Below, piece by piece: positions 57,709 through 64,000 of a stretch of DNA of 64,000 nt (position 1 is the first letter of the stretch; each line of letters begins with the position of its first letter). Position numbers and translations under genes: made by a program. The stretch covers positions 4,672,001 through 4,736,000 of the forward strand of contig OZ245817.1 in NCBI GenBank assembly GCA_965228475.1, given 5' to 3'. The notes below the pieces were generated by a model. It did not search any database. It was not told the origin of the DNA and worked only from the letters and a program-made list of their open reading frames with translations. This DNA is from Myxococcota bacterium (GTDB lineage: Bacteria; Myxococcota_A; UBA9160; JAFDDA01).

Positions 57709-58206
57709 ATGAATCACGATCGAACCGTTTCCCGGAACGCTTTCGCCGCACTCGGCGCGCTGCTCTTCGCCTTCGCGATGCCGGCCGCCGCCGAGGACGA
57801 GCAGAACCTCTCGCTCGGACTGACCGCCGAGGGAAAGCCCCTCGCCATGCACGGCTACGACCCCGTGGCCTACTTCACGCTCGGCGCGCCGACCCTCGGC
57901 AGCGCCGCGCACGCCGTCGTCCACGAGGGTGCGACCTACTACTTTGTGAGTGAGGACCACGCCAAGCGCTTCCGGAAGTCGCCGGCGAAGTACGCGCCCC
58001 AGTTCGGCGGCTACTGCGCCTTCGGCGTCTCCGTCGGCAAGAAGTTCGACGCGGACCCGCGCTTCTGGGCGGTTTCCGACGGGCGGCTCTTCCTGAACCT
58101 GAATGCGGACATCGCGAAGATGTTCCAGAAGGACGTGCCCGGCGCCGTCGCCAAGGCCGACGGCCAGTGGCGGAAGATCGAGCGCAAGGCGGTCGGCGCG
58201 CTCTAG
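57709..58206 (+). CDS. YHS domain exported protein
   Basis: Signal peptide, GYDPVAYF, PAKYAPQFGGYCAFGV, GRLFLN; AAGGAG RBS. Confidence 0.88.
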   Translation: MNHDRTVSRNAFAALGALLFAFAMPAAAEDEQNLSLGLTAEGKPLAMHGYDPVAYFTLGAPTLGSAAHAVVHEGATYYFVSEDHAKRFRKSPAKYAPQFGGYCAFGVSVGKKFDADPRFWAVSDGRLFLNLNADIAKMFQKDVPGAVAKADGQWRKIERKAVGAL

Positions 58207-58227
58207 GCGCCCCGCGCTTCGGCACGA

Positions 58228-58260
58228 ATCCCACCCGGGCCTCGGCGGCTCGGGTGGGAT
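58228..58260. terminator. Long hairpin between convergent genes
   Basis: ATCCCACCCGGGCC-TCGGC-GGCTCGGGTGGGAT, 14-bp stem with one G-U; no long U tract. Confidence 0.55.
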
Positions 58261-58279
58261 CTCGTTTCGCGCTTCCCGC

Positions 58280-59167
58280 TCACGCCCCGGGCGCGAGCGC
58301 CTCGAGCACGGCCAGGTCGTTGCCGAAGGCGGCGTCCGGCCGGATCGGCTGGATGCAGACGTGGGTGGCGCCCGCGTCGTGATGCTCCTGGATCCGCGCC
58401 CGCAGGGCATCCTCGTCGCCCCAGGCGACGATCGCGTCGACGAGCCGGTCGCTCGGCGCCGCCGGATCCGCCCAGTCCGAATCTTCGAAGCCGAGCTCTC
58501 GCAGGTTGTTCTGGTAGTTCGGCGCGCGCAGGTAGATCGCCATGGCGTTGCGGGCGGCGGCGCGAGCGCGCTCCGGATCGGTCTCGAGGATGACCTTCTG
58601 CTCCGGGCAGAGCCAGGCGTCCGGGCCCATGCGCTCGCGTGCGCGGCGCGTGTGCTCGGGGGTCACGAAGTAGGGATGCGCTCCGCGCACGCGGGTGGCC
58701 GCGAGCTTGAGCATGAGCGGCCGCAGCGCGGCCAGCACGATCGGGGCATCCTCCTCGGGCGGGCGCGCCATGAAGATCGCCTTCTCCATCGCATCGAGGT
58801 ACTCGCGCATGGCCGGCACGGGCTTCTTGTACTCGTGGCCGCGGGCGTTCGAGACGAGATGCTTGTGCGAGACCCCGATGCCGAGAACGAAGCGCCCGGA
58901 CGCGAGCGACGACATCGTCTTGTGGATGGCCTTCATGGTCATCGGATCGCGCGCGTAGATGTTGGCGATGCCGGTGCAGAGCACGAGCTTCTCGGTGTTC
59001 GCGGCCAGGTAGCCGAGCGTCGCGAAGGGATCGAGGCCCACGGCCTCCGGAATCCACAGCGCGGAGTACCCCCAGCGCTCGATCTGCTGCGCGAAGGCCA
59101 CGCTCTCCTCGGGCGAGTTCCCGTCGAGCGCCGCCCAGACTCCGAGCTTTCCGATCTCCGTGGCCAT
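58280..59167 (-). CDS. LLM-class oxidoreductase, probably F420-dependent (TIGR03620-like)
   Basis: GYSALW, TGIANIY, RFVLGIGVSH, LAAL.P.ML, GAHPYFVTPEHT, GATHVCIQ. Confidence 0.85.
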   Translation of the reverse strand: MATEIGKLGVWAALDGNSPEESVAFAQQIERWGYSALWIPEAVGLDPFATLGYLAANTEKLVLCTGIANIYARDPMTMKAIHKTMSSLASGRFVLGIGVSHKHLVSNARGHEYKKPVPAMREYLDAMEKAIFMARPPEEDAPIVLAALRPLMLKLAATRVRGAHPYFVTPEHTRRARERMGPDAWLCPEQKVILETDPERARAAARNAMAIYLRAPNYQNNLRELGFEDSDWADPAAPSDRLVDAIVAWGDEDALRARIQEHHDAGATHVCIQPIRPDAAFGNDLAVLEALAPGA

Positions 59168-59211
59168 TCCGACTCCTTCTTGATCGACACTTTTCGATCG
59201 ACGCTTCCCGA

Positions 59212-59628
59212 TCAATCGACGTGCTTGGGTTCCGGCGAGTGGTGGTACTCGACCTCGCCGAACGCGTCGGCGGCGAGCACGTAGAGTAGCCGCATCGGCG
59301 CCGGGCCGGTGTTCACCGCGACGTGTTCGCAGCCACCGGGCAGGTAGACCGCCGAACCCGGCCGCAGCGCATGGACCTCCCCGTCGATGAAGACGGCGCC
59401 CTCCCCTTCGAGGAGGAAGTAGACCTCGGCCTGGGCGTGGTGGTGGCTGACGGCCGGGGAACCGGGCTCCCGCGGCGGGAGCTCCGCCACGCCGAGGGTG
59501 AAGCCGCGGGTCGGCGTGCGGTCCGCGGAGAAGAGCGTCCGCCAGGCGACGTGCCCCGCCGTCGCCTCGTTCCAACTCTCGAGGGTCACCTCGTCCGCGT
59601 GGACGACGAGCGCGCGCTCCTTGGTCAC
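59212..59628 (-). CDS. Cupin protein (DddW-like)
   Basis: WRTLFSADRTPT, HHHAQAEVY, GEG, PGGCEH. Confidence 0.75.
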   Translation of the reverse strand: MTKERALVVHADEVTLESWNEATAGHVAWRTLFSADRTPTRGFTLGVAELPPREPGSPAVSHHHAQAEVYFLLEGEGAVFIDGEVHALRPGSAVYLPGGCEHVAVNTGPAPMRLLYVLAADAFGEVEYHHSPEPKHVD

Positions 59629-59640
59629 GGACGGCGCCCG

Positions 59641-61341
59641 CTAGGGGTTCATCGTGTAGGCGCCGTCGAGGGGCTCGACGTGGCGCTTCCAGACCCGCTC
59701 GTAGCGCTCGGCGTCGTGGGCCGGCTTGCGCATCATCTCCTGGCAACGCACCTGCTGGGCCTCGTTGCTGCTCGGCTGGCCGTAGAGGCCGAGCGCGTGC
59801 TCGCCGACGTCGCGCACCATGAACTCGAAGATCTGGTCGAGGAGATCGTCGTCGAGCTCGTAGATGCGCGCGTTCTCGAGGAGGAGCTGCGCGTAGACCA
59901 CCAGGGCGAAGATCTCGCCTCCCGCCATCAGGAAGTCGACGTCCTTCATCTGATCGGGCCCGGGCGGCGACTCCTGGAGCAGCGAGCGGAAGGCCTCGAC
60001 CTGCTCGGCGAAGATCTTCACGTTCGGGACGTCGACGCCCTCGAAGGCCTTGCGGTAGTCGTGGAACTGGATCTGGGAGAGGCCGCGCGTCGAGCCCTGG
60101 TCGAAGAGGAAGTCGTCGTTCGCGCCGTGGTCCTGCCGCGCGATCTCCGGGTACTCGGCCGGGTTGAAGAAGAAGTTCGGCATGAACTTCGCGATCAGCG
60201 CGATGTTCACGTGGACCGTCCCTTCGAGCTTCGGCAGCGCCCGGATGTCGACGGCCGCCTGGCTGAAGTACATGTCCTTCTCGAAGCCCTTGGCCGCGAT
60301 CGCGTCCCAGAGCAGGTTGATCACGGACTCGCCCTGGGTCGTGACCTTCATCTTCACCATCGGGTTGTAGAGCAGGTAGCGGCGGTCGGAGGCCGAGGCG
60401 CTCCGCATGTAGTCCGCCGCGCGCAGGGCGAAGAGCTTCATCGCCGTGAGGCGCGCATGGCCCTCGACGAACATGCGCCGCACGTGGGACATGTCCGTGA
60501 CCTTCATGCCGTAGAGCACGCGGTTGTGGGCGTGGGTGATGGCCTCGTAGAGGGCGTGGGTGCACATCCCGATCGAGGCCCAGCCGAGGTTGTACTTGCC
60601 GATGTTCACCGTGTTGAGCGCGGCGTCCCAGGCGGCGCGGCCCTTGTGGAGGATGTCCTCCTCGCGCACGGGGTAGTCGCGCAGCTCGTACTCGCTCACG
60701 TAGTTCTGGCTCGCGACGACGTTCTTCACGAGGTGGTAGTTCTCGTGCTTCGGGTCGGCCGCGAAGAAGACGTACTCGTCGTCGTCCGCGAAGCGGCCGA
60801 AGGTCGAGACGATGGCGGCTTCGTTGCCGTTCCCGATGTAGTACTTGCGGCCGTTCGCGCGCCAGCCGGGGAGCGACTCGTCGCGCGTCAGCACCATGTC
60901 CGTCGAGTAGATGTCGGCGCCGTGGTCTTTCTCGGAGAGGCCGAAGGCGAAGATGCCGCCGTCCTCGATGGCCTTCGCCGTCCGCTTGCGCATCGCCTCG
61001 TTCTCGCTCATCCAGAGCGGCCCGAGCCCGAGCACCGAGACCTGCCAGACGTACCAGTACTGGAGCCCGTAGAAGCCCAGGATCTCGGCGAACTCGCAGA
61101 TGCGCCAGGTGTCCCAGCGCGCGTCCGAGGCGCCCTCGCCTTCGGGCGTGCACAGCGTCGCGAACAGGCGCTCCTTGCCGGCGTACTCGACGAAGTCCGA
61201 GTACCAGGGGCGGTCGTAGTAGTCGGCGAGCAGCCGCTCCTTCCCCTTGTTCTCGAAGAACGCGACGGTCTTGCGCATGACCTCGGCGGAGCGCTCGTCG
61301 GGGTAGGGACGGGTGAGGTTCTTCGGGTCGAGCAGGATCAT
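59641..61341 (-). CDS. Acyl-CoA dehydrogenase
   Basis: AFGLSEKDHGAD, NGRKYYIGN, AAKGFEKD, LPKLEGT. Confidence 0.9.
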   Translation of the reverse strand: MILLDPKNLTRPYPDERSAEVMRKTVAFFENKGKERLLADYYDRPWYSDFVEYAGKERLFATLCTPEGEGASDARWDTWRICEFAEILGFYGLQYWYVWQVSVLGLGPLWMSENEAMRKRTAKAIEDGGIFAFGLSEKDHGADIYSTDMVLTRDESLPGWRANGRKYYIGNGNEAAIVSTFGRFADDDEYVFFAADPKHENYHLVKNVVASQNYVSEYELRDYPVREEDILHKGRAAWDAALNTVNIGKYNLGWASIGMCTHALYEAITHAHNRVLYGMKVTDMSHVRRMFVEGHARLTAMKLFALRAADYMRSASASDRRYLLYNPMVKMKVTTQGESVINLLWDAIAAKGFEKDMYFSQAAVDIRALPKLEGTVHVNIALIAKFMPNFFFNPAEYPEIARQDHGANDDFLFDQGSTRGLSQIQFHDYRKAFEGVDVPNVKIFAEQVEAFRSLLQESPPGPDQMKDVDFLMAGGEIFALVVYAQLLLENARIYELDDDLLDQIFEFMVRDVGEHALGLYGQPSSNEAQQVRCQEMMRKPAHDAERYERVWKRHVEPLDGAYTMNP

Positions 61342-61426
61342 GGGGCGTCCTTGGGTGGGGCGGCGCTTCGCGCGCCGTGGCGGGCGACGTTCTTCGCCCG
61401 GACGGACGATCTTCGCACGAATCCGG

Positions 61427-62134
61427 CTAGAAGACGATCTCCATGGGGAGCCCGGCCGCGTCGAGGACCGGCTCGGCGGGGAGCGTCTCCGCCTCGCCCG
61501 CCGCGATCCGGTGCGCGGTGTAGAGGGCGGCGGCCGCGTCCACGATGTCGTCGTCCGCCAGCCAGCGACGAGGCTCGCCGCCGCGGGCGCGGGCGAGCAG
61601 GTCCGGGCCGAGCCAGGACTCGACGAGGCGGAGTCGCTCGGTCCGACCCTGCGGTCGCTTCTTCGCGAAGGCCATGGGCTCGCCTCCGTTCCAGACGAGG
61701 AAGGAGAGCTCCGGGTGGACCTCGCGGAAGGCCGCCCGGGCCGCCGGGTGCTCGGCGAGCAGCCGGTCGACCTCGCGGATCTTCGGGAAGAGGTTCCAGG
61801 CCTGCCGGCTCACGCGGCGGCCGTCCGCGCGCCGGGTGGTCTCGCAGGCCTCGGCGTAGTCGCTCGCCCCGAGCGCCGCGCGGATCGGCGCCGGGAACAC
61901 GCTTCGCCCCCGCGCCGGGCCGAGCCGGGCGCGCGCTGCGAGATCGCAGGCGCGGCTTCCCGCCTCGGGCAGGCCGATCGGAATGTCGATGGCGACGATC
62001 TCGGGAACGGGAGGCTTGCGCAGCAGGTCCGCCGCGTGCTCGATGTGGTCGAAGGCGACGGCGCCGGTCGCCCCGTTCCGCGAAGCGCGGAACCAGCCGC
62101 CGCGGCAGCCGTCGACGCCGGCGAGCCACGCCAC
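61427..62134 (-). CDS. DUF429 protein (RNase H-like fold)
   Basis: GVDGCRGGW, IDIPIGL, RACD, SVFPAP, EVHPEL, DDIVDA. Confidence 0.85.
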   Translation of the reverse strand: MAWLAGVDGCRGGWFRASRNGATGAVAFDHIEHAADLLRKPPVPEIVAIDIPIGLPEAGSRACDLAARARLGPARGRSVFPAPIRAALGASDYAEACETTRRADGRRVSRQAWNLFPKIREVDRLLAEHPAARAAFREVHPELSFLVWNGGEPMAFAKKRPQGRTERLRLVESWLGPDLLARARGGEPRRWLADDDIVDAAAALYTAHRIAAGEAETLPAEPVLDAAGLPMEIVF

Positions 62135-62137
62135 GGG

Positions 62138-63019
62138 CTAGAGCAGCTCGAGCTGGCCGTTCGCCTGCTCTCCCGACTCGCCCGGGAAGGGCGGCAGCTC
62201 GCCGAGATCCTGCTTCGTCCGCGGCGCGACGCGCGCGTGGAAATCCCGCGCGACCTCGGGCGTCCGCAGGTTGCTCGCCGTGTGGACGAAGAAGATCGGG
62301 TCGAGCCCGTCGTCGATCCAGCCTGCAACGCGCTCGGCCCACTCTTCCAGGTAGGGCTCGTTCGCCTCGTCGTCGGGATGGCCGACGAAGCGCACCATCG
62401 GCCGGCGCCCGACCGGCTCGGGCCGCACGGGCAGGTCCGGCTTCTTGTGGAGGGCCGCGAGCACCTCCGGGTGGTTCGGGTTCCCGGCGCGCAGCGCGCG
62501 CGTGTCCATCACGACGCGGTCGCAGCCGCGCTCCGAGAGCAGCTCGTCCGCGTGGCCCGCGAGGGCTGCATCGTAGAAGTAGTCCCGATGGCGGAGCTCC
62601 ACGGCCCACTCGAACTCGCGCGGTGCGCACTCGAGGAAGGCTTCGAGGTCGCGCAGCCGGTCCGGCCCGAAGTTCGGCGGGAGCTGCAGGAGGATCGGGC
62701 CGCAGCGTTCGCGCAGCGGCTCGATCGCGCGCAGGAACGCTTCGAGCGGCGCCTTGGCGTCGAGCAGCAGGCCGTCGTGGGTGATCTCGCGCGGAAGCTT
62801 GAAGGAGAAGCGGAAGTCCGGGGGCGTCTCGGCGAGCCAGCGTGCGACCGTCCGCGCGCTCGGCGCGCTGTAGAAGGTGGTGTTGCCCTCGACCGCGTTG
62901 AAGACGCGCGCGTACTGGCCGAGCCGGTCGCCCGGGCGGGCGTCGCGGCTGAAGAGCGAGCCGTTCCAGGGCTCGAAGCTCCATAAGGGCGCGCCGAGGG
63001 CGTAGCGGGCGAGGGTCAT
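62138..63019 (-). CDS. DUF72 protein (YecE-like)
   Basis: AVEGNTTFY, FSFKLP..ITH, LLQLPP, AVELRH, FFVH. Confidence 0.9.
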   Translation of the reverse strand: MTLARYALGAPLWSFEPWNGSLFSRDARPGDRLGQYARVFNAVEGNTTFYSAPSARTVARWLAETPPDFRFSFKLPREITHDGLLLDAKAPLEAFLRAIEPLRERCGPILLQLPPNFGPDRLRDLEAFLECAPREFEWAVELRHRDYFYDAALAGHADELLSERGCDRVVMDTRALRAGNPNHPEVLAALHKKPDLPVRPEPVGRRPMVRFVGHPDDEANEPYLEEWAERVAGWIDDGLDPIFFVHTASNLRTPEVARDFHARVAPRTKQDLGELPPFPGESGEQANGQLELL

Positions 63020-63106
63020 GGGCGCAGCTTAACCCGGCGGGCGTGGGCGGCCGTCCGAGGCCGGCGCTTCACCGCGGACCGGCCGCATTGGTAGAATCGG
63101 ACGACG

Positions 63107-64000
63107 ATGAGCAAGCAAGCCAGGCCTGGCGCGCCGGCCACGGGAAGCGGCGAAACCATGTCCGCACGGAGCGAGAGCATCGGCGTCCCCGGCCCGGGCG
63201 TCGCAGTGGCCGTGCTCGTGGCCCTCGCCCTGTTCAACTTCGCGACGGGCGTCTTCCGTCCGAACGCGCTGCCCGACTACGCGGGCTCGGCGCGCCAGAT
63301 CATCGGCATGGGCCTGATGACGACGCTCCTCCCGGCCTACCTCATCGTCGCCACCTGGTTCGGCCAGCGCCGCTCCTTCGCGCTGCTCGAGGCGCTGCGA
63401 AGCCGGCTCCCCGACCCGGCGCCCATCGATGCGGCGAGCCAAACGCTGCGGGGCGGCCTCCGGGCGACGTGGGTGCAGGGGATCGTGCTCGGCTGCTTCC
63501 TCGCCCTCTTCAACACCCAGCCCGTCGAGGCCCTGCGCGGCCCGCTGCCCGTGCTCGAGGGCGCGATCTCCTTCGGACAGTTCGCGCTCTGGATCGCGGT
63601 GGCGCTCCTGTTCGGGGTGCGACGAAAAGCCGCGCACGCCTTCCGCGAGCTCGCGCGAATCGTTCCGATCGATCTATTTCGCCCTGAGACGCAGCGCCTC
63701 ATCGCGCGCTCGGGCGTCGTCGACGTCGCCGTCGTCGCGGGCGCGCTGCTCTTCACGCCGCTGCAATCCCTCGACGCCGAGTTCCGCTGGTACAACTACC
63801 ACTTCGGTCTGCTCGTGGCGCTTCCCGCCGCCGCCTTCTTCCTGCTGTGGCCCATCACCCCACTCCACCGCCGTAACCAGGTGGAACGCGACGCCCAGCT
63901 CGCTGCGCTCGACGCGAAACTCGACGAAACACTGCACGGTGACGGGCGCACAGCGAGCGAAGACGGAGCGATCGGCCGGCTGGAAACGCTCCTCGCGCAC
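63107..64000 (+). CDS. Hypothetical multi-pass membrane protein (runs off window end)
   Basis: Own translation open to the end with about six hydrophobic segments (AVLVALALFNF, LLPAYLIVATW, PIDLF, LLFTPLQ, FFLLWP). Confidence 0.7.
   Translation, partial: MSKQARPGAPATGSGETMSARSESIGVPGPGVAVAVLVALALFNFATGVFRPNALPDYAGSARQIIGMGLMTTLLPAYLIVATWFGQRRSFALLEALRSRLPDPAPIDAASQTLRGGLRATWVQGIVLGCFLALFNTQPVEALRGPLPVLEGAISFGQFALWIAVALLFGVRRKAAHAFRELARIVPIDLFRPETQRLIARSGVVDVAVVAGALLFTPLQSLDAEFRWYNYHFGLLVALPAAAFFLLWPITPLHRRNQVERDAQLAALDAKLDETLHGDGRTASEDGAIGRLETLLAH

Noticed and set aside
61427..63019. DUF72 plus DUF429 as a nuclease or defence pair
   Set aside because: Both families are widespread; adjacency alone gives no evidence of a system.

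Overview
A very GC-rich (roughly 70%, judged by eye), gene-dense bacterial window with about 65 plausible protein-coding genes. I see no rRNA, tRNA, CRISPR array, integrase or transposase. The gene mix suggests a Gram-negative, Myxococcota/deltaproteobacteria-like organism carrying many actinobacterial-style lipid and steroid enzymes (inference only). Contents: lipid enzymes, two ECF sigma/anti-sigma modules, SppA, a thiolase-like protein with a C-terminal extension, GNATs, an RluA-family enzyme, a Leptospira-type citramalate synthase with an Ile-rich leader peptide and attenuator, two unassigned lipoproteins, glcDEF and aat. A steroid-related stretch holds a 3alpha-HSD-like SDR, a FadD19-like ligase, TetR, CYP51, CMD, SnoaL and an F420-type LLM enzyme. 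Also present are a cytochrome P460/AraC/YHS module and a DddW-like cupin. The strongest candidate for an undescribed system is 49240-53422: a secreted low-complexity protein divergent from an operon of an unknown protein, a minimal AAA+ ATPase and an HExxH-VWA protein. Several regulatory signals are readable directly: paired ECF promoters, palindromic operators and many leaderless -10 boxes. All family assignments come from recognising motifs; no database searches were run.
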